From NCBI RefSeq assembly GCF_036971445.1, contig NC_091478.1:9052001-9116000 (forward strand): a stretch of 64,000 nucleotides of DNA, written 5' to 3'. How positions within the stretch are numbered: the first letter of the stretch is position 1; each line of letters opens with the position of its first letter. The notes below the pieces were generated by a model. That model did no database searches and was not told where the DNA came from. It saw only the letters and a program-made list of their open reading frames with translations. The position numbers were made by a program, and so were the translations under genes. The stretch is from Narcine bancroftii (Eukaryota). Below, piece after piece: positions 1 to 10,177 of this stretch.

Positions 1-375
1 TGCCATTTCATCAGGCTAATTTTCAAATATCATAATCGGCCAGCTGTTAAGATGCGTTAACAACACCCTGCACACAGCACATTTGATCTGCTCATGTCGA
101 GAAAGAGATATAGGTGTATCAGAGCCAGGCTGAGGAACAGTATCTTCCCACAGGCAGTGAGAATGAATGACCAAAGGGACTGCTCGCACTAACCATCTGA
201 GACTCTCATAGTCATGAAACAATATTTATTTATATATATTAAATACTTGTCCTGCATATGAATGATTGTCTGTATGCGTGTTATGTCTGGTTGTGTGTCT
301 GCATGTTTTCCACCACGGACCGGGGAATGCTGTTTCTTCGGGTTGTAATTGAACAATCAGATGACACTAAACTTG
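1..375 (+). mobile_element. 3' remnant of a Rex1/Babar-like LINE
   Basis: 'CAGTATCTTCCCACAGGCAGTGAGAATG' end-of-ORF signature, a TG-rich 3'UTR and an (A)CTTGA-type tail. Confidence 0.5.
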
Positions 376-1099
376 ATTTGAAATGTTGGCGATTCCCTCC
401 TTACAACATCCTTATACATACTCACCCATTACCATTTCCAGCAATAATGATCAAAATCTGTAATAGTGGCTACCAGGTATTTTCTACTGATAAACACACA
501 AAATGTTAAAATACAAAAATTTTGGATATATTTGAAGGAATGAACACATGATACTTTACAATATAATGGCAAAAGGTGAATGTTTTGGTTTTTTAAAGGA
601 TGGCAATCTGATGTGTAGCATTAAAAAGTCCAACACTTTCTTTGTCTGTGAAAAGCAGACTGGTTCCTCAACGAATATCTCACAGCTAAGCCAATAATCC
701 AGCAATGCAGTGAGCTGCAATGTAGTTAATTTCCTGATCTTTCCATAGTCTGCTCAAAACACACACCTGGACGATGATAAAATAGCCCCCTCAAGGATGG
801 GTGGAGTTGCAGCATTCAGTAATTTCAGTACCAATTGGGACAAAGCAATTGGTTTCCTTGACAGTATATACTGACCGTGGACTATGGTGTGAGTGCCCAT
901 CTCCCGTGGGTCATTTGAAAGACAAAATACTGCTGATTTTGGAAATACAAAATAAAACGAGAAAGTGCTGGAAATAATCAGCAGATTACGCAAGAGATGC
1001 TGCCATCCCTGCTGAGTTACTCCAACATTTCAGCAGGTCTGAAATAATTTTTCTAGATAAAAATAATAATGAAATTTTATCAGGTACATATAAATAACT

Positions 1100-2128
1100 C
1101 CCCTTTGCCACTTTGGCTTGGCTTCGCGGACGAAGATTTATGGAGGGGTAAATGTCCACGTCAGCTGCAGGCTCGTTTGTGGCTGACAAGTCCGATGTGG
1201 GACAGGCAGACACGGTTGCAGCGGTTGCAGGGGAAAATTGGTGGGTTGGGGTTGGGTGTTGGGTTTTTCCGCCTTTGCCTTTTGTCAGTGAGGTGGGCTC
1301 TGCGGTCTTCTTCAAAGGAGGTTGCTGCCCGCCGAACTGTGAGGCGCCAAGATGCGCGGTTTGAGGCGAGATCAGCCCACTGGCGGTGGTCAATGGGGCA
1401 GGCACCAAGTGATTTCTTTAGCCACTCCTTGTACCTCTTCTTTGGTGCACCTCTGTCTCAGTGGCCAGTCGAGCATTCGCCATATAACACGATCTTGGGA
1501 AGGCGATGGTCCTCCATTCTGGAGACGTGAGCTACCCAGCGCAGTTGGATCTTCAGCAGCGTGGATTCGATGGTGTCGGCCTCTGCCATCTCGAATACTT
1601 CGATGTTAGGGATGAAGTCGCTCCAATGAATGTTGAGGATGGAGCGGAGACAACGCTGGTGGAAGCGTTCTAGGAGCCGTAGGTGATGCCGGTAGAGGAC
1701 CCATGATTCGGAGCCGAACAGGAGTGTGGGTATGACAACGGCTCTGTATACGCTAATCTTTGTGAGATTTTTCAGTTGGTTGTTTTTCCAGACTCTTTTG
1801 TGTAGTCTTCCAAAGGCGCTATTTACCTTGGCGAGTCTGTTATCTATCTCGTTGTCGATCCTTGCATCCAATGAAATGGTGCAGCCGAGAAAGGTAAACT
1901 GGTTGACCGTTTTGAGTTTTGTGTGCCCGATGGAGATGTGGGGGGGCTGGTAGTCAGGGTGGGGAGCTGGCTGATGGAGGACCTCAGTTTTCTTCAGGCT
2001 GACTTCCAGGGCCAACATTTTGGCAGTTTCCGCAAAACAGGACATCAAGCGCTGAAGAGCTGGCTCTGAATGGGCAACGTCTGCAAAGAGTAGTTCACGG
2101 ACAAGTTGCTCGTGTCTTGGTGTGAGCT
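1100..2128 (-). mobile_element. 5'-truncated RTE-clade LINE (RT C-terminus, C-terminal zinc finger, 3' tail)
   Basis: ORF 1458..2048 (CFAETAKMLALEVSLKKTEVLHQP...FTFLGCTIS...RIDNEIDNRLAK). The 3' end is ...CGCGAAGCCAAGCCAAAG. Probable TSD AATAACT at 1093-1099 and 2129-2135. Confidence 0.9.
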
Positions 2129-2221
2129 AATAACTAAATGTAGCATATATTCCATTAGTTTAATTATATGTGCTGATAAGGTGAATATTCAATGAAATGA
2201 AGACCATCAAGAATGAGATGG

Positions 2222-2496
2222 CAAGGAGAAGAAGAAGAAATAAACTGACCCAGTATGTAAAAGTAGAAGACACAAATTTCTTGTTTATTTTCAGTGTGTG
2301 ATGACATTGTTTAATGGGTTTAAAGTATCATATAGGTTGAACATTGAGTGGGTGGGGAGGGGGGGGGGTGAAGGAGGGAGGGAAGGGAGGGGGGAAAAGG
2401 GGAGAAAATGACACTGTGTATATTCAAGAGGGAAATGTTTGTATGTATTTTGGTTAGTATGGTTCATAGTATGAAAAATAAAAATTTTTTTAAAAA
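2222..2496 (+). mobile_element. 3' end of an L1-like retroposon
   Basis: G-rich tract, AATAAA and A-rich tail, flanked by a near-perfect TSD: GAATGAGATGG (2211-2221) and GAGTGAGATGG (2497-2507). Confidence 0.6.
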
Positions 2497-2924
2497 GAGT
2501 GAGATGGTACAGGGAATGGACATTTCTGACTAATGGTGAATCAATTTACATACAGTTCTCAGGAACTGAACCTCTATGTAACCTAGGGACTGCCTGTTTT
2601 TAATAGCAAAAAATTACTCTCTTTTTTGTTGAGCACCTTCACTTTGAATGCTGCAATAACAGGGACCTCCCTGTGGCCAACCATTTTAATTCCACATCCC
2701 ATTCCCACACTGACATGTCTATCTATGGCCTCGTGCACTGCCAACCCAAAACTACCCACAATTTGGAAGAACAACACTTAATTCCATCTGAGCACTTTCC
2801 AACCAGATGACATTAATATCTGCTTCTCAAGTTTCTTCTTTCACAGAGCTACCCCCCTCCCCCATCACTTATCAAATTTTTTTCTCTTCTGACCTCCACT
2901 AATATCTACTTATGATACACATCA

Positions 2925-4550
2925 GCTATGGCAGTGAGTGCAGGACTTTACAGCCCACAAAGCGAGGGTGAATATAGACAACTGTGATGCTTCACTATGC
3001 GATGAGCTGAACACCTTCTACGCCCATTTTGAGAAGAAGCAGCAAAAAGTACCTACTAGAATCCCTGAAAAGGCTGAGGACCCTGTGACATCTGTCTCTG
3101 ATGGCAACGCCAGAACATCATTCAAGAGGTTGAACCCTCGCAAGGCATCAGGCCTTGACGACGTAATTGGCAAGGTACTGAAAATCTGCACCAACTAACT
3201 ACAGTGTTCATCGACATTTGTGGCAGTCAGAGGTTTCCACCTGCTTCAAAAGGGCAACAATCATCCTTTTACCCAAAAAGAGTAGTGTGAGCTGCCTTCA
3301 CAACTACTGCCCAGTAGCACTAACTTCTACTGTGATGAAATGCTTCGAGAGTCTAGTTATGGCCAGAATTAATACATCTCTAAGCAAAGATTTGTACTCA
3401 CTGCAATTCGCCTATCGTCACAATCGCTCCACAGCAAATGCAAAATCACTCATTCTCCACTCAGCTCTGGATCACCTCAAAAACACCAATTTATTGACTA
3501 GAGCTCGGCCTTTATTACCATTAATCCCTCAGTGCTCCTCAAGAACCTACAAACCCTAGGCCTCTGCATGCCCCTCTGGAACTGGATCCTTGACTTTCTC
3601 ATCGGAAGACCACAGTCAGTACGAATTGGAAACAACATCTCATGGTCACGGATTATCAAAACAGGCACACCCAAAAAAGGATATGTGCTTAGCCCACTGC
3701 TCTACATCCATAACTGTGTGGCCAGACACAATTCCAATGCCTACCATCTACAAGTTTACCAATGACACCATAGTTGTTGGCAGAATCACAAACGGAAATG
3801 AGGAAGCGTACAGGAGGGAGATAGATCAGCTCGTTGAATGGTGTCACAACTTTGCACTCAAAGTCAGCAAAACCAAGGAGATGATTGTGGAAGAAGTCAG
3901 GGGAACACGACCTTGTCCTCATCGAGGGCTCAGTAGTGGAGAGGGTCAAGAACATCAAATTCTTGGAGGTCAACATCTCTGAGGATCTGTCCTGGAGCTT
4001 CCTTGTGGATCCAATCACAAAGAAGGCTCGCCAGCAGCTCTACTTTGTGAGATGTCAGAGGAGATTCAGTAGGTCACCGAAGACTCTCATAAACATCTAC
4101 AGGTGGACCATGGGGAGCATTCTGGCTGGTCGCATCACTGCCTGGTATGGAGGCTCCAACTCTCAGGACAAGAAACTCAAGAGAGTTGTTAACTCAGCCT
4201 GTGACATCACAGGCACCAAACTTCACTCCATCCAGGGCATCTACAAGAGGCAGTGTCTTTTAAAAAAAAAAGACCCCCACCACCCATGCCCTCTTCACTC
4301 TTCTACCATCGGGGAAAAGGTACAGGAGCCTAAAGATGAGCACTCAGCGGCACAAGGTCAACTTCTTCCCCACCGCCATCAGATTCCTGAATGATCATTG
4401 AACCTAAAGACACAGCCTTAATTTTCGTGCACTATTATTTTTTTTTATTGTAATTGTCATAAGAAGGTTATAATATGAATGTTTGCTCTACGATGCTGCC
4501 GCAAAACACCGAATTTCATGATTTTTTCCTGACAATATATTCTGATTCTG
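2925..4550 (+). mobile_element. Decayed Rex1/Babar-clade LINE reverse transcriptase and 3'UTR
   Basis: Frameshifted ORFs: CFKRATIILLPKKSSVSCLHNYCPVALTSTVMKCFE, LQFAYRHNRST, WILDFLIGRPQSVRIG, KFTNDT (degenerate YADD), KKARQQLYFVR; (TTCTGA)n tail. Confidence 0.88.
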
Positions 4551-5119
4551 ATGTCCTCTTGCTGTTGGTCTGTGCACCCCCCCTGCCCCTTGCTCCCTCC
4601 TCCATCCACCTTTTTATTCAGGTACCTGCCTGCTTTTTGTTCATACCTTGACAAATGGCTCTGGCTTCCTATAGACACAGTGGCCTGCAGAGTTTTTCCA
4701 GCACTTTAGAGTATTCTCAATCATTTTAAACCATTTTAAAAGCCTAATAAATGACCATGAATTATGTTGGCACTGAACCACCTTTTGGATATTTAGATAA
4801 AATTGTTCTTTTTGACCTTGCATTTACATACAGGATGTATGCAAGAGGAAAAGAAGTGATATTTTAATCATTCAGACCAGTCTTTTTTGTGGTTTATGGT
4901 TAGGTTAGTTCATGAGCCTGATACCTGTTAGGGAAAAAATATATTCTTGTATCTAGTGGTGCTGGTCTTCCCAAAGGTAGCAGTGAAGAGTTGTGACCAG
5001 AGTGTTCTACGTTCTGCAAATTTTACTCTCAATCAGGGTGGACACCTGGCAGTTATTTAACAGAGAATGTTGTTTTGTAAAAAATGTGTTACTTTTTTAA
5101 TTAAAAAAAATCATGTTTA

Positions 5120-5362
5120 AATTTAGACATACAGCATGGTAACAGGCCATTTCAGGCCACAAGCCCATGCTGCCCAATTAACCTACACCCCCAGTACGTT
5201 TTGAATGCTGGGAGGAAATAGGAGCCAACGGAGAAAACACACGCAGACACCGGGAGAACGTACAAACTCCTTACAGACAGCATGGGATTCAAACCCTGGT
5301 CTGGTCCCAATCACTGGTGTTGTAAAGGAGTTGCGCTAACTGTTCCACTAACCATGCCGCCC
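5120..5362 (-). mobile_element. tRNA-derived V-SINE (HE1-like)
   Basis: The reverse complement has a GGTTAG..A-box, a GGGTTTGAATCC B-box and the V-domain GGAGTTTGTACGTTCTCCC..GTCTGCGTG. Other copies lie at ~13020-13207(-), 16520-16670(-), 24095-24330(+), 38350-38490(-), 44625-44855(+) and 55400-55620(+). Confidence 0.8.
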
Positions 5363-5489
5363 TTACAGTTCCACAAATTTTTGTAAAAGCTTTTACAACC
5401 TTTCACCAATTAACCAGTCAAAAGACTGTATTCCTTGTTCATCGAGTCAAATTATCAAATTTTCTTTTTTCAATGAGAAGGCCACAAAA

Positions 5490-5720
5490 AGTAGCATAGT
5501 GAAGTCCATCACAGGCTCTGAGTTCCCATCCATTGAAGATAGCTATTTGAGGCACTGCCTCAAGAAGGCAGGCAAAATCATAAAGGCATACCATTACCCT
5601 TTTTACTGCTACCTTGGGGAAAAAGATAACAGAAGCTTGAAGACCAGCATCATTAGATACAAGAATAGATTTTTTTTTTCCCCCAACAACTATCAGGCTC
5701 TTGAGCTATCCTAACGATAA
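5490..5720 (+). mobile_element. Rex1/Babar-like LINE 3' fragment
   Basis: ORF 5499..5714 (ITGSEFPSIEDSYLRHCLKKAGKIIK) is homologous to the end of 3885..4394. Confidence 0.65.
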
Positions 5721-5865
5721 ACTATTCCAGCACCGCAAAAGACCAGAATGTACTATTGAAATGCCACTTTTTAAATTTAAATTTCTTGCACAAAATGTAA
5801 CAATGAATATTATCTATCCTTTAGATTAGCTGTCTTTTCCATACTGGGGTAATTTGAATACTAAC

Positions 5866-6053
5866 CGTCATGTACAAGGAGATGAGGTCTAAGTCCACGT
5901 TCCTTCAGCACTTGGCAAACAGCAGGGGCTGGAGCAATGACTTCATCCACAGTGATATCAAACCCCAGATTTTGCAACTTCTTCACAAACCTTTCCCGGG
6001 TAGCTTGTGTTTCATTGGTACAAAAGCGCACCTTTAAATTGGTTTGTTTGAGT
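5866..6053 (-). CDS. LHPP: LHPP coding exon 2
   Basis: ORF 5861..6067 encodes RLKQTNLKVRFCTNETQ...GLRPHLLVHDG with HAD motif II (FCTN). CAG acceptor (AG at 6055-6054) and G|GTTAG donor at 5865; 188 nt. Exon 3 was not found in 1-5865, so the gene continues left of the window. Confidence 0.95.
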
Positions 6054-6469
6054 CTGTACCAGAACAAAAAGTTTACATTAAAATTTGATGCTTTAAATTA
6101 GTATTGCTATTTACAAGAGTTTAAAAGAAATGATGAATAAATTTCAACCAGTGGCAAAAGGTGAGAAAGTTCCTTATACTATAATACATGGTGCGATATT
6201 TGATTATTTCCCTAAATTGTTTAGAAAGTACAAGGCTTAATAGCATCAGAAATTCAAAAAGTTGAAACTATACTACCAATTGTGGAAGATCAGCCCTCGA
6301 TAATTGCAATCAAATACCGTAAAACAACACAATGCATTGCAGTTTCCATATGCAAGACTGTCACCATTCACAAACATTGCTTTAAACAGTATATCAAGGC
6401 ATAATTATGCTTAATAAATTTTGGCATTGAAAAGTTAACATTGCACATGGTCAAGTTTAAGTTTGCAGA

Positions 6470-6745
6470 GAGGTTAGTGCAATGCACCAGCAACCCAGGA
6501 TCAATCTGGCGCTGTCTATAAGGAGTTTGCACATTCTCCCTGTAGCTGCATGGGTATCTTCCAGGTGCTCCAGTTTCCTCTCACCCTTCAAAAATGTATG
6601 TGGTTGGAGATTAAAGTTCATAATACTTCTTCAGGCCTGTGTGCGGGAGGGCGGGGGTTTGCGGGCGATCGGGTTGGAGCAGCACAGGCTCATGGGGCAG
6701 AAGAACCTTTTACCATGTTGTGTGTATAAAGTTTTAAAAAATTAA
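6470..6745 (+). mobile_element. V-SINE carrying a 72-bp foreign insert
   Basis: V-domain at ~6515-6595; 6607-6678 matches 7975-8046 of the hAT-like element; SINE sequence resumes at GCAGCACAGGCTCATGGG. Confidence 0.8.
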
Positions 6746-7446
6746 GTTTATTAACACATGTACTGAGATGTAGTGACAGGGATCATTTTACAAGCAGACG
6801 AATAGACATCTGGTACATAGTATCTCACACTAGTGAATCTTCATCCTGATGGGAGGGAAGTGAAGAGAATGTGGTCGGGATGTGATGAGTTTTTTTAAAA
6901 AACATGTTGGTTGCTTTTTCAAGGCAGCAGGATTGTAAATGGAGTTGATGGAAGGGTGGCATGGTGGGGGTGACCTGAGCTACACTCACAACCCATTTCT
7001 CTGCAGTCTCTCTGCATGTGAACTTTCATTCCCTTACATTAACACTGGTGAAATAATAAAGTGCAAAATTATTGATTTTGATGCTTTACCTGAATCTGTC
7101 TGAATCTTTATTTTCATTTTTATAAAATATTTGAAGATTTAAACATATGCTTTTTGCTACCTGGTGTGGAACCTATGACAATTATTCAAAATATGACTTA
7201 CTGGAATATCTGAGTTTATAATGCCAAGTGGCCAATAATAACAGACTTGAAGTTAATAAATGAAATGAACATAACTTTTGACAGATACAAGGCATAAAAC
7301 CTACAAATGCTGGAAATCCAAAATAAAAGAGCTAAAAACAAGTGCTGGAAAGAGTCAGCAGGTCATGCAGCATCTATAAGAAGTAAAGGATAGCCTTGAC
7401 AAAGGGCTTGGGCTTGAAGTGTGGTGACCCTTTACTTCCTCTAGGT

Positions 7447-8459
7447 CAGGGGTGTCAAACTCAAATTCACGGAGGGCCAAAATTAAAAACTTGGACTAAG
7501 TCGAGGGCCGAACTAAATATTTATTGAAAATTTTCAACAACATCTGCATGTTTTCTCTTCTTTCAACATATGTAATGTTAAACTTTTACTTATTTAAATA
7601 AATGTTTAATAATAGTTTTGGATAAACTCTTTCCAGAAGCATTAACAAATGAGAAATAAAATATTCAATAAATAATATTTCTCTATAGAGGATTTGTCAA
7701 ATGTTGCTAGTATGCTGTCGAATAGTAAAATCTGAGGGCTATTGAGAATGTGGGAGAATAACATGATTCCTGAAACAATCCAATGGGTGACTGATTGTGG
7801 GCATGAACTCTAGCAGGGTTATTTGCCATGCCCTTTTTCCATTGGTACAGATATCCTTTGATTTACACACTTTAAGTTTTATGCCTAATGAGCTGTATCC
7901 AGGTGCAGGACCATTTTTAACCAGGAATATATTGATCACTGTGACATGAAACTATTGGAAGATCGTTTTATCCTGAGATTAAAGTTCATAATCCTTACTC
8001 AGGCCTGTGTGCGGGAGGGCAGGGGTTTGCGGGCGATCGGGTTGGACAACGACAGTGCGGGGGCATCGGCTCTCGCTGCAGGGCGGCATCTCGGCGGATC
8101 AGCGGCCCCGTCACCGTGAGTCGGCCTGCGGCAGGGAGGGGGAGTGGGCAACTGTCCTGGCGAGGTCAGGCCCGAGGCCTCCAGTTCCGGGCGCTGGGAA
8201 GCGGCCTTGGCTTCCCCTGACACCGGCCAGGCCCCAAAACCAGAGTCCACGGTGAGACCCTTCAACGTAAAGAGGAGGTGGGGGCGATTAGCGGGCTGAC
8301 GCCAATCCATTCTGGGATTTGTTGTATTACTGTGCATGTGCTATACTGGCGCGGCGGCCAGCGGGCCACCTCTAATACATTTTTGAAATGATCTTGCTGG
8401 CCAAATATAATTATATCGCGGGCCAAATTTGGCCCGTGGGCCAGAGTTTGACATGTGTG
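7447..8459. mobile_element. Non-autonomous hAT (Charlie-like) DNA transposon
   Basis: Imperfect TIRs CAGGGGTGTCAAACTC ... GAGTTTGACATGTGTG, GGCCC/GGGCC subterminal motifs, and flanking 8-mers CTCTAGGT/ATCTATGG resembling the NTCTAGAN target. A second copy is present in the window. Confidence 0.8.
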
Positions 8460-9114
8460 ATCTATGGAAAGAGAATTGGAGTTAAAGTTTCAGGTTAGAC
8501 TTCCTTCATCGAAACTGGGAAAGAACTGAATGTTCCCGATAGAAGTTTACAAGAGGATGCATAGAATAAAGGAAATGTTTGTGATAGACCAGGTCAATTG
8601 AGCTAATGGGAGCACAACATGATGATGTGAAACACAAAATGCTGGAGGAACTCAGCAGGTCAGGCAGTATCCATGGAAGGCAAAAGAGAGTTGACATTTC
8701 AGGCTGAAACTTCATCAGGAATTACTAGAAATGGACAGACATTTTTAGTGAGGTTATGCTACCTTTTCAATATTATTTGTTGAAAATTGTAGGATTGTAG
8801 GTGATGCACACTAGGTTAAGCTATACTCATGTCTTAGTTATGTTCAGAAAGGGTTGAGAGCAGAGGTCCAGGAAGTAGATACATGGTCAAGGGTTCGGTT
8901 ATTTATGGCAAAGGTGAAGCTACAATTGAGGAAGAAGGCATGTGTGGAAATCTCATCATCAGGACAAATATAACAAGAGATGGAGGCAATGGCAGAATGG
9001 AGTCCATACAAGAGGCGAGGCAAGAGAAAGTATACACAAGATTGCTAGGGGAGTCTGTTGGCTTGTCTGGACTTCTGTGGCTAGCTTATCCTCTATTGCA
9101 ATGTTGACATTCAT

Positions 9115-9665
9115 TTCCAGAGGAACAGTATGTACAACATGAGCAGGGATGTAACGTTGAGACTCTACAAGGCATTGGTGAGACCTCACGGAATATTTTG
9201 CATGGTATTATTTGAGAAAAGGGTTCAGAGAAGATTTACGAGAATGATACCAGGAATATGAGGAACATTTACCAGCTCTTGGACTGTACTCATTGGAAGG
9301 ATGAGGAAGAACCTCAGAGACATTTTGAAGGCCTGGACAGAGTTGATGTGGCAAGGGTGTTTCCCATGGTAGGAGAGTCTATGACAAGAGGGTACAACTT
9401 CAGAATAAAAGGGCATCAATTAAAAACAAAGGTGCAGAAACTTTTCTTTCGTTAGAGGGTCTGAGTCTGTAGAACGTTGCCACAGGTAGCTGTGGAAGTG
9501 AGGTCATGGGGTTTATTTAAGACAGGTATTTGATTAGTGAGGGCATCATATTATGTGGTAAAGGCTGAGGAGCGGAGCTGAGTGGGAGGATGGATTAGCT
9601 CATCATAGCATGGCAGGACAGACTTGATGGGCAGATGGGTTTACTTCTGCTCTTATATCTTGTGA
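9115..9665 (+). mobile_element. CR1-type LINE 3' fragment
   Basis: Encodes LYKALVRPH, VQRRFTRMIPG, GLDRVDVARVFP..TRGYNFRIKG, followed by a CR1-like 3'UTR. Shorter CR1 tails occur near 22540-22810(+), 30400-30540(+), 32060-32330(+), 35870-36020(-), 39160-39270(+) and 55630-55990(-). Confidence 0.8.
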
Positions 9666-9832
9666 ACTTGTGAAATGGAAACAGAGATCCAGAAAGTGAG
9701 GGTGAGGAAAGAGTGGAAACATTATCTTTCACTTCCAATTCAGTGAATTCTGAATGAAGTCCACAATGTTATTGACTAATTACCGTATATCTCTTACCCA
9801 GCTATGACAAAAGCCTCCAACTTGAATTGCTA

Positions 9833-10177
9833 AAGCCTCTTTCACACTGCCAATCCTCCTAGGAAGTGGGTAAACATAATGGGCATGCTCAGGAGCCTTT
9901 CCCACTGCACCAGGATTTAACGGTAAATTTGCAACCTGGCGTTTTAAGGGGGGGGGGGGGGTCCCACCTCCAGCTGTGACAATGCGAGAGCAGGCTGTCT
10001 TTTCACACTGCCAGAAAACAATTAGTGAGTCAACTCAGCTGAGCTCTGACACGTCCCCCACCAAATGTCAGAGCCTGGTTGAATTCAATTCACTCTGCCA
10101 GGTTGGGACATTTCCGGGAACGAACACGCTAAATTATCCGATTAACCCTCATGGAATCAGTGGCATGAAAGGGGCTT
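9833..10177. mobile_element. MITE, possibly PIF/Harbinger type
   Basis: Terminal inverted repeats AAGCCTCTTTCACAC ... GCATGAAAGGGGCTT, internal repeats of TTT(T)CACACTGCCA and TA-rich flanks. Confidence 0.55.

Noticed and set aside
986-1609. Overlapping alternative-frame and antisense ORFs repeated at 27739-28160 and 61394-61846
   Set aside because: Shadow frames of the same RTE sequence.
1-5865. LHPP exon 3
   Set aside because: No minus-strand segment encoding the expected PNCVV(I/L)xDA motif was found; it probably lies outside the window.
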